DNA of 64,000 nucleotides from Trueperaceae bacterium (GTDB taxonomy: Bacteria; Deinococcota; Deinococci; Deinococcales; Trueperaceae). The notes beneath the pieces were generated by a model. It searched no databases. It had not been told where the DNA came from and saw only the letters and a list, made by a program, of their open reading frames with translations. This document shows, in pieces, positions 51,062 to 60,403 of this stretch. The position numbers and the translations under genes were made by a program. Location of the stretch: positions 3,808,001 to 3,872,000 of the forward strand of contig OZ243956.1 of the NCBI GenBank assembly GCA_965214405.1. The letters are read 5' to 3'. The stretch's first letter is position 1. Every line of letters begins with the position of its first letter.

Positions 51062-51987
51062 CTAGGGTCTGTCTGACTAATCAAAGCCAGAGGATGATGG
51101 AGGCGAGGAGCACACCAGCACGGTAGTTTCTGCCGCGTTTGTCGTAGCGGGTGGCAACGGCGCGAAAGTCTTTAAGTCGGTTGATGCAGCGTTCGACCAC
51201 GTTACGTCCTTTGTAGGCTTGCTTATCGAAAGCAGGAGGTCGTCCACCTTTTGTGCCCTTAGACAAGCGAGACTTCTTGGCATCTTCGCGCTCGGGGCTG
51301 ATACAGATGATGCCCCTGCGCCTTAGTATCTTCCGCTGCTTGTTGAAACCATAAGCGCGGTCGAGTCTAAGCTGAGGGGGGCGCTTACGCGGTCGCCCTC
51401 TGCCAAGGCGGGGCACATAAATCTCGTCCAAGACCGGCTCTAGCCAAGCGGCGTCGTTGCGCTGTCCCGCCGTGATGACCACGGACAGGGGTCGCACTTT
51501 GCCGTCCGCGCAGGTATGCACCTTGCTGGTGTGGCCTCCGCGTGAGTGTCCCAGCCACTCGTCTGCTAAGGTCCCCTTTTTTCACCCTCAGCAGGCCGCT
51601 TCCTCGCCCCGCTGGCGCTGCGGTGCGCTTTAATATGAGAGCTGTCTAACGCTGCGCCGTCCCAATCAATCTCACCCGCCGCATCGGCGTGAGCTTGAAG
51701 CCTGTGCAGGATGCGCTTCCAGACACCGTTGCGCTCCCACCTCGTGAAGCGGTCCCAGCAGGTCTGCCAAGGTCCGTAGCGTTCAGGAACGTCGCGCCAG
51801 GGAGCGCCTGTTTTCAAGCGCCACGAAATGCCGTTGATGACCTGTCGGTGGTTGCGGTAGTTGTGACCCCGTTGGGGATTGGGGGGTAGATGCGGTTTTA
51901 GTGCTTGCCACTGCTGCTCTTTTAGGTCTGTTCGTGCCATACGCCTACCCTAAACCATCTTCATCCCTTCTGTCAGACAGACCCTAG
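51062..51987 (-). mobile_element. IS5-family insertion sequence, copy 2
   Basis: Same 926-bp length, ends and ORF translations as 2743-3668; flanked by duplicated (C)TA(G). Confidence 0.96.
51081..51940 (-). CDS. IS5-family transposase, orfA (51566-51940) plus orfB (-1 frame)
   Basis: Translations are identical to copy 1. Confidence 0.9.
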
Positions 51988-52290
51988 CTCGAGCGCGCGG
52001 CGCAACACCCGTTTGGCCGCTTCGCGGTCATCCGGGTCGCCCCAAATGCCGTCGCCCGTCAAGCGCATCGCGCCGTAGCCGAGTCTGCGGACGTCCAAGT
52101 CGCCAAGGGTGAACGTGTCGGATTGATTCTGGGCTGCTTGCATGGTTTCCTCCTACGCCGAGCATAGGCTGAAAGACCCCGCGCAACCGTTGGGTGGGGC
52201 GAGATTGCTACGCAGTCAGACTATAAAGCTTTCGCAGAACGTTTTGGGCTTTCAAGCTTTGTGCTGCGTAGGCGCGAGACGGAACGGCGT

Positions 52291-53022
52291 TTATTCTTGC
52301 GTGTGGAGCGCGTACAAAGCCTCGAGCGCCCCCCGCGCCATCAGGCTCACGCGTTTTTGGAGCAGCGCGGGGTCAACAAAGGCGGGGTCGCCGATGCGGT
52401 TGGAGGCGACCAGAGCGCAGCCCGTCCGGACGCCCCGGAGCCCGCCCAACAAAAAGAGCGCCGAGGCTTCCATTTCGACGGCCAAAACACCCCGCGCCGC
52501 CAACTTCTCCACATCATCTGGAGTCGTGGCGTAAAAGGCGTCTTCGGTTTGGATAAGGCCGACGTGAACAGGCGTGTTCTCTGTTGCGCTCTCCACCTTT
52601 GCCGCTTCAACCAGCGCCCTGGTCACCTCAAACGAAGCGGCGGGCGCGTGGGGCTCGCCGCGCAGGTACATGCGGGTGGTGCCGTCTTGAGGCACCGAGG
52701 CGGTGGCGATAATCAAGTCACCCGGCGCGACCTCTTTGCCGATAATGCCTGCGGTGCCGACGCGCACGAGCGTCTTGGCCCCGAGCTGCACAAGCTCCTC
52801 TACGACGATAGCCAGACTCGGGCAGCCCATCCCGGTCGTCTGGACCGACACGGGTATTCCCCGGTATAGTCCTGTGTAACCCAAAAGGCCGCGGTAACCG
52901 TTATAGCGCTCTGGCGCGTCGAAAAACGTTTCGGCGATGAAGCTGGCCCGGCCCGGATCGCCGGGCAAGAGCACGGCGGGCGCGACCTCGCCGGGCTGCG
53001 CGCGGATGTGAAGGGGTGTCAT
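52291..53022 (-). CDS. deoD: Purine nucleoside phosphorylase, DeoD type
   Basis: LLPGDP.RA, GMG.PS, RVGT and VEMEAS; real start MTPLHIRA at 53022. Confidence 0.88.
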   Translation of the reverse strand: MTPLHIRAQPGEVAPAVLLPGDPGRASFIAETFFDAPERYNGYRGLLGYTGLYRGIPVSVQTTGMGCPSLAIVVEELVQLGAKTLVRVGTAGIIGKEVAPGDLIIATASVPQDGTTRMYLRGEPHAPAASFEVTRALVEAAKVESATENTPVHVGLIQTEDAFYATTPDDVEKLAARGVLAVEMEASALFLLGGLRGVRTGCALVASNRIGDPAFVDPALLQKRVSLMARGALEALYALHTQE

Positions 53023-53050
53023 GAGGTAAAAGGATAACAGAAGGGGCGTG

Positions 53051-53088
53051 AAAAAAACGAAAGCGGGCGTTCTGGCACCCGCTTTCGT
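53051..53088 (-). terminator. Intrinsic terminator after the lipoprotein gene
   Basis: 11-bp stem ACGAAAGCGGG/CCCGCTTTCGT followed by a T run on the minus strand. Confidence 0.85.
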
Positions 53089-53113
53089 GTCAACAGGACC
53101 GGTTCGGGACTCC

Positions 53114-54286
53114 TCAGAACTGGGAGGTCCAGAAGCTCGCCTTGATGCCCGTTGGAAGAGGTCCGAAAAACTGGGTGCTCGAGCCTCCCAAAACGAGCAC
53201 GGCCTCACCCTTGATTTCGGTTCTGAACGCCTGACGCCCCGCACTCACCAGGCTGCCTTCAAAAGTGTCCCCGAGGGCTTCTCGGGTTTCATCAGGAAGG
53301 ACAAACGAGCCGTCATCTTGCGCGGTGCAGCTAACCGTGAGAGCATTACCGGTTTCATCAACATCAGTCACTTTAATGAGAACTACCGCGTCGGCGTTGC
53401 CGCCCGCGTCCCAGGTGAAGGGGGTGGTTGGGGCGACGGGGTCGGTGCCTGCGGGGGCCGTTAGGGTAAAAGGGGCCACGTTGGGGAGCGGTACGGCTGC
53501 AAAGGCGGGAAACTCAAGTTCGTCGCCGGGAACCGTGGCCGTAAGCTCTGCGGGCGGCGCGCTGAGCGCCGCAACGCTGTAAAAGGTCGCGTTGTCGCCG
53601 TTAATGGTTTCGTCTCTCTTCTCGAGCGTGGCGTAGGTGTTGCTACCCGCCATAAGCGTGATTTGTGCGCCCGCCGAGATGTAAGCGGGGGTTCCCGCCG
53701 GGGTAAAGGGAGGCAAAATATCTGCGTCTCCTTCTTCGGGAGCGGTGAAAGTGACGTCGCAGGTGTCGAGCCTTCCTTCGAAAGGGTTGTTAAAGAACGT
53801 GTCCGGAATCTTCTCGCCCTCGGTAAACTCCAAAAAGATGCCCGACGCAACCACATTGGCTGCGCCGGTGGGGGGGGTCTGCTCATCTAAGTTGACAAAA
53901 CCGACTTGGCTAAGGTCTTCTGACACGTCCTCGACCGTCACCGTTGTTTCTTGCGAAACCGTGCCCTGCGCGTCCGTAGCGTCAAGCGTGTAGGAGGTGG
54001 TCTCGAGGGGCGTCACGACGTAGCTACTGGTCGTCACGCTTACCTCACCTATGTTCTCGCCGACGCTCTGACGCAGCGTGAGGCTGGTCGCGTCCGCGAC
54101 CTCCCACGTTAGCGTGCTCTCGCCGCCTGGGCGGACGGTCGGCGGATTGGCGGTAAAGCTTGTGATGGCTGGCCCACCGTCAGTACCGCCCCCACCACCG
54201 CCGGTTTCCGGTGTGTCCGAGCACGCGCCAAGCAACAAGGCGAGCGGTAAAAAGAGCGCGCAGCTCAGCCTGATTAAACGCTTCAT
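53114..54286 (-). CDS. Acidic Thr-rich lipoprotein with Ig-like domain
   Basis: GGGAGG RBS; lipobox LGAC; Gly linker; I..F.A.P.....G....L.W and P..TT.YTL Ig-like pattern. Confidence 0.8.
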   Translation of the reverse strand: MKRLIRLSCALFLPLALLLGACSDTPETGGGGGGTDGGPAITSFTANPPTVRPGGESTLTWEVADATSLTLRQSVGENIGEVSVTTSSYVVTPLETTSYTLDATDAQGTVSQETTVTVEDVSEDLSQVGFVNLDEQTPPTGAANVVASGIFLEFTEGEKIPDTFFNNPFEGRLDTCDVTFTAPEEGDADILPPFTPAGTPAYISAGAQITLMAGSNTYATLEKRDETINGDNATFYSVAALSAPPAELTATVPGDELEFPAFAAVPLPNVAPFTLTAPAGTDPVAPTTPFTWDAGGNADAVVLIKVTDVDETGNALTVSCTAQDDGSFVLPDETREALGDTFEGSLVSAGRQAFRTEIKGEAVLVLGGSSTQFFGPLPTGIKASFWTSQF

Positions 54287-54466
54287 GTAGCCTCCCTTAA
54301 TTTTCGACACAGCTTTTTGCATCCGGTTCTCTCCACTTTCAACCTAACCGGGGGGCGTTTGGCGTGTCAAGAAAGGGGGCGAGGAGTGAGAGATTGCACA
54401 GGTTTGGGGGCGCGCCAAGGTGGAAAATCCACGCCCCCGCGCGGGCGGCTTTGCTAGACTCGGCGG

Positions 54467-54832
54467 GTGAGACTTGACGACATCCTCGCTTCGCTTGTAC
54501 ACGATGTGGACGGCGCGCTGTCGGCGGCGGTCGGAGGCATGGACGGCCTTCTCATCGAGCAATACCCGGAAAATGGGGACTTGCCTATGGACCTATCCAT
54601 GACCGTGGCCGAGCAGACCAACCTGGTTGCGACCAGCCGCCTGGTGTCGGCCACGCTTTCCGGCGGCGGCGTCGAAGAGCTGGTCTTATTTACTCAGCAT
54701 CTTATTTCCTACACGCGCCTGTTGGAGGGTGACCTTTTTTTCCTCGTCATCATGGCTCCGAGCGGCAACGTCGGCAAGGCGCGGCTCTATAGCGAAAGGG
54801 CGGCGGAGAGGGTGCTCGAGGTGTTCGCGTGA
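54467..54832 (+). CDS. Roadblock/LC7 (MglB-like) protein
   Basis: V.GA....VG..DGL.I and N.G.AR. Confidence 0.85.
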   Translation: MRLDDILASLVHDVDGALSAAVGGMDGLLIEQYPENGDLPMDLSMTVAEQTNLVATSRLVSATLSGGGVEELVLFTQHLISYTRLLEGDLFFLVIMAPSGNVGKARLYSERAAERVLEVFA

Positions 54833-54878
54833 CCTTCTGCACGCTTGCGCCCGACGTTTACCGCGTGACGGGAGTTTT

Positions 54879-55301
54879 GTGACGCAAGACGTGCTCGAGC
54901 GAATCCTGGCGATTCGCGGCGTTACGCGCGCCGCGCTTGTAGACGGCGTGGGGGAAACCCTCAGGGTTGCGCCGCAGGGTGAGGGCGAGGGCTTAGCCGG
55001 AGGTCTCGTTATCAGTTCGCTCGCCACGAGCCGCGTGCTGGCCGATCTTCTGGGCGAGGGCACCCTCTGCCAGACGATGATCGACTTTGAGGACGGCCCC
55101 GTGCTCCTCGCGCCCCTGCTTCCAGCGAACGCCACAATGAAAGCCGCAGACAACGCGCAACTTGGTACTGATGTTGAACCGGCGGACACCGGTACGCACG
55201 TGGCTGTTCTCACGCTCGAGGCGGCAAGCGCCCTGGGACGCGTCCGGCTGGGACTGCGCAAGCTTCTGCCCGAACTTGCGGAGGCGCTTCGGGCCTCCTG
55301 A
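54879..55301 (+). CDS. Second Roadblock/LC7-like protein
   Basis: L..I..I.GV..AALVD..G and LG.VRL..RK; GGAG RBS before GTG. Confidence 0.7.
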   Translation: MTQDVLERILAIRGVTRAALVDGVGETLRVAPQGEGEGLAGGLVISSLATSRVLADLLGEGTLCQTMIDFEDGPVLLAPLLPANATMKAADNAQLGTDVEPADTGTHVAVLTLEAASALGRVRLGLRKLLPELAEALRAS

Positions 55302-55454
55302 CAAACACTCCTGCTTGTTCGGGTAAACGGTAGTTCCCAGAGATACCGCGCTTATTCAGCGCATATATCACCGTAACACCGTCTTGGACGCTAAATCATA
55401 GACTAAATCCTTTCTAAACCAGGGTGTTGCCCGCTCCTGCTGTAGAATAGGCGT

Positions 55455-55733
55455 GTGAAAGAATTCAAGCTCGAGGTCGACAAAGAAACCGCCCGCGGTC
55501 GCTACGCCAACGTGGCCGTGATTGCCCACACCAAAGATGAATTCATCATGGATTTTGCGCTCGCTTATCCCGGTCAAAGTCCCGCCGTCAATGCCCGCGT
55601 GATTACCAGCCCGCAGCACGCCAAAGCTTTCTTGCGCAGTTTAGAGGACAACATCCGCAAGTACGAAGCGCGCTTCGGCGCGCTGCCCGAGCCCGCCGCC
55701 GCGCATCCCAACGAGCCCAAAGAGCAAAACTAG
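55455..55733 (+). CDS. DUF3467 family protein
   Basis: G.YAN...I.H...EFIMDF, RVI.SP.HAK and NI..YE..FG. Confidence 0.9.
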   Translation: MKEFKLEVDKETARGRYANVAVIAHTKDEFIMDFALAYPGQSPAVNARVITSPQHAKAFLRSLEDNIRKYEARFGALPEPAAAHPNEPKEQN

Positions 55734-55852
55734 GGTCTGTCTGACTGATTGGGTCTAAATGCCTTACTGCGCGTACAGATCACCCTTTTAGGCTGCACAC
55801 CCTTTGGGTCCGTCAGGAACACTAAATTTAGCTTTAGTCAGACAAACTCTAG
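55730..55852. mobile_element. MITE with IS5-type ends
   Basis: CTAG-GGTCTGTCTGACT ... AGTCAGACAAACT-CTAG; 123 bp; no transposase. Confidence 0.85.
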
Positions 55853-56079
55853 GTCGTGCGGGCGTTTGCTGCTACTGAACATACTCAATCCCGTAAGGGG
55901 GGAGACAGTCACCGCTACTTTGCAACCTCCTCGCTTCTTGACTTTTTGCTTCTTGATTTTTACTCCCTGCTTCTCTCATCCAGCACCGCGGAGCCCGGCC
56001 CTGCTAAGTTGAAATGTCAACAGCCCCTCCTGTCTCTCGGATTACCTGACGCAAGAACCTCTCAGGATGTAATGGGGCC

Positions 56080-56703
56080 ATGTCCGAAACGGTCGTCGTT
56101 TATTTTGATTATTTGTGCCCTTTCGCCTGGCGCGGCGCGGAGGTCGCGGAACTCGTCGCGGGGCCGCTGGGCGTCACCTTCGAGTGGCGACATTTTTCGC
56201 TCTACCAGAACAACTATCACAGCCACAATAGCAACGGCTGGCAGCTCTGGAACGACCGCCTGAGCCCCGACGACGAGGCGGGCGGCAAGGGCCTCCTGCC
56301 TTTTTTGGCGTCTTGCGCCGCGCGTAAACAAGGCGCCGAAAAGCACGACCAGTTTCGGCTCGAGCTGATGCGCGCGCGTTACAAGCGTCACCAGCCCTAC
56401 ACTTTAGCGACGATTCGTGAGGTGGCTAAGGGAGCCTGCTTGCACCTGCCGACCTTTGAAAGCGACCTCTGGGACCCCGAGTGCCGCACGAGACTCGCGC
56501 ACGAACACTACCGCGCGGCGGCCTTGGACGTGTTCGGCACCCCGACCTTTGGGTTCGAAAACGGTCATCTCGCGTATTTTAGGATTAACGACCTGCCCGG
56601 CAGTAAACAGGAGGCGGTCGAGCTTTTTGCGGATTATCGGCGCTTGCTCGAGTGCTACCCCTATTTAGAAACGGTCAAGCGCCCGCGCCCCAAGGGTAAC
56701 TGA
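56080..56703 (+). CDS. DsbA/FrnE-like thioredoxin-fold protein
   Basis: YFDYLCPFAW (single Cys) and VFGTPT. Confidence 0.85.
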   Translation: MSETVVVYFDYLCPFAWRGAEVAELVAGPLGVTFEWRHFSLYQNNYHSHNSNGWQLWNDRLSPDDEAGGKGLLPFLASCAARKQGAEKHDQFRLELMRARYKRHQPYTLATIREVAKGACLHLPTFESDLWDPECRTRLAHEHYRAAALDVFGTPTFGFENGHLAYFRINDLPGSKQEAVELFADYRRLLECYPYLETVKRPRPKGN

Positions 56704-56784
56704 CTCGAGGCTTTCTGCGCCACATATTCTGTTTCCTAAAGAAGGTCTATCCCGGACAGACCACTCCTCAACGTTTGGCTGTGA

Positions 56785-56850
56785 GAGTACCGAGGACCTG
56801 GTACCGAGTTGAAAAGCTTCTCAGGCCTCGGCACTCTGTACTCGGTCCTC
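56785..56850. repeat. Imperfect palindrome built of degenerate 7-mers (REP-like)
   Basis: 24-nt arms GAGTACC-GAGGACC-TGGTACC-GAG and CTCGGCA-CTCTGTA-CTCGGTC-CTC, followed by TTTT. Confidence 0.65.
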
Positions 56851-56917
56851 TTTTCTGATGCTACTCACTGTAAAATTTGTCTTTATAGCCCCCCACGCTT
56901 CGCGGTAAACTGAGTGC

Positions 56918-57682
56918 GTGCGTCTAGGACCCAACGTCGGGCACGGCTCGGATGTGGGCCGGGTCAGGCCCCTCAACGAAGACTATCACCGCGTCTGGCA
57001 GTTTCCCGTCCCGGACGGGACGCTGACGTTGCTGGCGGTGGCCGACGGGATGGGCGGGGCCGCCGCGGGCGAGGTGGCGAGTCGGCTCGCGGTGCAGGTG
57101 CTGAGCGAGTCGTTTAGCCGCTACGTCGAGGTGTTTAACGACGGGCAACCGCTGGTCGGTATCGACAAACTCACCGAAAAGGCGCTGCGGCTTGCGAACC
57201 GTCGCGTTTACGCCGCCGCGATTGCGAGCGTGGGGCGGCGCGGCATGGGCACCACGCTCACCACCGTGGCAATTTTACGTAACAAGGCTTATTTGGGACA
57301 CGTGGGCGACTCGAGGGCCTACTTGGTACGAGGCAACCGCATCTATCAACTTACCAAGGACCATTCGTGGGTCGAGGAGCAGCTCGAGCGCGGGCTCCTA
57401 AGCGAGGAGCAGGCCAAGGGCCACGAGTGGCGCAACCTCATCACGCGGGCGCTCGGCACCCGCCCGCAGATCGCCCCCGACATCGTCGAGTTGGAGGTGC
57501 AGGGCGGCGACGTGTTTGTCATCGCAACCGACGGCCTGCACGGTCTGGTCTCGCCCGAAGAGATTCTCACCGAGGTCAAAAGGACCGCCAACCGCCAGGC
57601 GTCGGTCGAGTACCTTATCGCGCTCGCCAACGAGCGCGGCGGCCCCGACAACATCACCTTGGTGGTCGGAGAAGTGCTGTAG
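56918..57682 (+). CDS. PP2C/Stp1 Ser/Thr phosphatase
   Basis: NED, VADGMGG...GEVAS, GMGTT, HVGDSRAY, TDGL and GGPDNIT. Confidence 0.95.
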   Translation: MRLGPNVGHGSDVGRVRPLNEDYHRVWQFPVPDGTLTLLAVADGMGGAAAGEVASRLAVQVLSESFSRYVEVFNDGQPLVGIDKLTEKALRLANRRVYAAAIASVGRRGMGTTLTTVAILRNKAYLGHVGDSRAYLVRGNRIYQLTKDHSWVEEQLERGLLSEEQAKGHEWRNLITRALGTRPQIAPDIVELEVQGGDVFVIATDGLHGLVSPEEILTEVKRTANRQASVEYLIALANERGGPDNITLVVGEVL

Positions 57683-59718
57683 TGCTCGCCCTGCTGCTGG
57701 GTCTCGCGCTCCTGGCGGCGGCGGGTCTGAGCCTGCTACCGGGCTGGTTTAACGTGCTCCTGCTCGGCTCGTCGCTATCTTTTGCGGCGAGCCTGTTGGC
57801 GTTCGGGGAGCCCGGACGCGTGGTGGCCCCCGCGCTCCTCCTGGCGGTGGCTTTGGGGTTCTTGGTCCGCGGGAACGCCTATGTCAAGCGCCCCCCCAAG
57901 GTCGCGCCCCGCAAGCGCCGCAAAGAAGCCCCGGCGGGACCCTCCGGGGGGCTCGAGGGCGTCGAGGTGCCGGGGTATGACCTGCTCGAGAAAGTGGGCT
58001 CGGGCGGCATGGCGAGCGTGTACCGCGCCAAACGCCGGAGCGACGGCGGCACGGTCGCGCTCAAAATCCCGATGGAGCAGTACGTCGCCGACGCCAAGTT
58101 TATCCGCCGCTTTCACCGCGAGGCCGAGGTCGCGGGGCGGCTCGACCACATCAACATCGTCCGCACCTTCGAGCACGGCTCCGTCGGGGTGCGGCACTAC
58201 ATGGTGATGGAGTTCGTGGACGGGCGGAGCTTAGAAAGCTACGTCGAGTCGGGCGAGCTAGATACAGGCCTAAGCGTCGAGGTGATGCAGCTCGTGGTGA
58301 GGGCCTTGCAGCACATTCATTCGGCGGGCATCATCCACCGCGACATCAAACCCGCCAACATCATGATTTTGCGCGGAGGCTTGAGCGAAGACGGGCGCTT
58401 AAAGCCCGACGCGGTCAAGCTGATGGACTTCGGCATCGCGGGCGGCAAAATCTTGACGCGCCTCACCATGACGGGCGCGCGCGTGGGCACGCCCGTTTAT
58501 ATGTCGCCCGAGCAGGCTCGAGGGCTCAAGATCGACCACCGCAGCGACATCTACAGCTTGGGACTGGTTTTTTACGAGATGCTCACCGGCCAAACCGCCT
58601 TTAAGGGCGGCTACGAGGCCATCGTCCACCAACAAATTTTCCAGACCCCGCCCCCGCCGCGGCAGCTCAACTTGGAAGTGCCCAAAGCCCTCGACGCGCT
58701 CGTGATGCGGATGATTGCCAAGGAGGCCGACGAGAGGCCGCCGCTAGAAGAGATTTACGACCTTTTGGCAGGCAACTTCGACGACAACTTTGACGACCCG
58801 AACAACGCGCTGCCGAGTCGCCTTTTGCTCACCGTGAGCGCGCGCCAGGGCCTCCTGCGCGAGCTCGACACGGCGGGCAATCTGCACCGCTCAATGGGCG
58901 ACATCGGCGTGGGGGAGGGCTGCTTTTCCGCGCCGCCCCTGTCGGTCGCGCTCGACCCCGAGGGCAACCTTTACGCGGCGGTATTCGAGTACCGGGTGGG
59001 GGAGGGCGCGCACGACATGCTTTTTAAGCTCTCGCCGGACGGGCGTCAGCTCTTTTCGTTCGGCCCTTACGGGATGAAACCGGGCGAATGTCTCTACCCG
59101 GTGTCGCTGAGCGTCGCGCCCGACGGGACGCTGTTGGTGCTCGATTCCGAAACGCACCTCGTCCAGCGCTTCGACGCGCAGGGGCGTTACCTGAATTCGT
59201 TCGGCGGGCGCGGCGAGGGCAAGGGGATGTTTAACGACCCCCGCACCGTGACCGCGGCCCCGGACGGGTCAATTTACGTGCTCGACTACGGCAACCGTCA
59301 GGTGCAACGGTTTAATGCGAGCGGCGCTTACGAACTGCGCTGGGCCTTTCGCCTGGGGGCCGAAACGGAAGGGATGCGCCTTTTAGACGGCGTCGCGGCG
59401 GACGCGTCAGGCAACCTCTACATCAGCGACGCCACGGGGGGCAAAATTCGTAAAGTAGGCCCCAAGGGCAAGGTCGAGCTTTCGTACCTCTTAGAGCCCC
59501 TCCACGGCGAAGCAACCGACAGCCTGCTCGACTTGGGCGTAGACCACGAGGGCTACCTCTACGCCGCGCGCCGCGGCGGTCATCTGGTCCGCAAGTACAA
59601 CCCCGCGGGCGAACTCGTCACGACGGTAGAGACCTACGCGCCTGTGGTGGGGATGGTCGTGAATGTTCGGGCGGGCAGGGCGGCACCCTTTGAGTTGGAA
59701 GGTTTGCTGCTCGAGTAA
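57682..59718 (+). CDS. Hanks-type Ser/Thr kinase with N-terminal TMs and C-terminal NHL repeats
   Basis: GSGGMASVY, ALK, HRDIKPAN, DFG and GTPVYMSPEQ; NHL repeats (F..P..V...PDG.IYV.D.GN..VQ.F). GTG start overlaps the PP2C stop. Confidence 0.92.
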   Translation: MLALLLGLALLAAAGLSLLPGWFNVLLLGSSLSFAASLLAFGEPGRVVAPALLLAVALGFLVRGNAYVKRPPKVAPRKRRKEAPAGPSGGLEGVEVPGYDLLEKVGSGGMASVYRAKRRSDGGTVALKIPMEQYVADAKFIRRFHREAEVAGRLDHINIVRTFEHGSVGVRHYMVMEFVDGRSLESYVESGELDTGLSVEVMQLVVRALQHIHSAGIIHRDIKPANIMILRGGLSEDGRLKPDAVKLMDFGIAGGKILTRLTMTGARVGTPVYMSPEQARGLKIDHRSDIYSLGLVFYEMLTGQTAFKGGYEAIVHQQIFQTPPPPRQLNLEVPKALDALVMRMIAKEADERPPLEEIYDLLAGNFDDNFDDPNNALPSRLLLTVSARQGLLRELDTAGNLHRSMGDIGVGEGCFSAPPLSVALDPEGNLYAAVFEYRVGEGAHDMLFKLSPDGRQLFSFGPYGMKPGECLYPVSLSVAPDGTLLVLDSETHLVQRFDAQGRYLNSFGGRGEGKGMFNDPRTVTAAPDGSIYVLDYGNRQVQRFNASGAYELRWAFRLGAETEGMRLLDGVAADASGNLYISDATGGKIRKVGPKGKVELSYLLEPLHGEATDSLLDLGVDHEGYLYAARRGGHLVRKYNPAGELVTTVETYAPVVGMVVNVRAGRAAPFELEGLLLE

Positions 59719-59722
59719 ATCT

Positions 59723-60403
59723 TTACCTCAACAAAAGCTGCATCAGCAGAGCCGTCACGCTATCGATGAGTGCGAACACCTGTCGGTTGAACAGCAGCAA
59801 AATCCCGATCACGATGAAAAAGCCGTAGCGCTCTAAGCCCCACAGCGCACGCTGCCACGACGCGGGCGCGAACGCCTGCACCACCTTGGAGCCGTCCAGG
59901 GGCGGGATGGGCAGGAGATTAAAGACCACCAAAATGAGGTTGATGCGCGCCGCGATGAGTAAGCCCGAAAGCAGTCCGTCCAACGTCCCCCCAGCGAGCG
60001 CCTCCGCCTGTGAACCGGGGAGGATGGTGAGCCCGCCCGCGTCCCCCACCCGGACGCCGAGCGCCGCCAGCGCGAGGAGCGAGGCGACCGCGAACAAAAA
60101 ATTGACCACAACCCCCGCGACGGCCACCGCAAACATCCCCCAGCGATAGTTAGAAAAGTTGCCGGGCCGGATGGGCACGGGTTTGGCCCAGCCAAAGCCC
60201 GCCACAAGCAAGAGCAGCGTGCCGATGGGATCTAGGTGCTTCAAGGGATTGAGCGTGACGCGCCCCAGATTGCGCGCGGTTTTGTCGCCGAAGCGGTCGG
60301 CCATCCAGGCGTGACCGAGCTCGTGAAAGGCGAGGGAGAACACAAGCACCGCGGCGATGACGAAAAAAACGCCAGGTGATGTGCGGAGTAAGTCGAGGAG
60401 CAC
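59723..60403 (-). CDS. Site-2 protease (M50)
   Basis: HELGH, TLNPL.HLD and [10 protein letters not shown]. Confidence 0.93.
   Translation of the reverse strand: MLLDLLRTSPGVFFVIAAVLVFSLAFHELGHAWMADRFGDKTARNLGRVTLNPLKHLDPIGTLLLLVAGFGWAKPVPIRPGNFSNYRWGMFAVAVAGVVVNFLFAVASLLALAALGVRVGDAGGLTILPGSQAEALAGGTLDGLLSGLLIAARINLILVVFNLLPIPPLDGSKVVQAFAPASWQRALWGLERYGFFIVIGILLLFNRQVFALIDSVTALLMQLLLR

Larger units (their letters stand above)
50379..52143 (-). pseudogene. Aldo/keto reductase interrupted by IS5 copy 2
   Basis: Removing the IS restores MQAAQ...RLGYGAMRL...[25 protein letters not shown]... in frame; ATG 52143 has a GGAGG RBS. Confidence 0.93.

Noticed and set aside
53023..53244. Long N-terminal extension of deoD (likewise track starts 43884, 35740 and 37136)
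   Set aside because: These extensions cross a terminator or overlap neighbouring genes; family homology begins at the later starts.
55933..55961. GCTTCTTGA(C)TTTTT tandem pair
   Set aside because: Only two imperfect copies in a pyrimidine-rich spacer; likely low-complexity slippage.
57367..57681. 105-aa N-terminal extension of the kinase
   Set aside because: It overlaps the PP2C gene out of frame; GTG 57682 coupled to the PP2C stop is more plausible.
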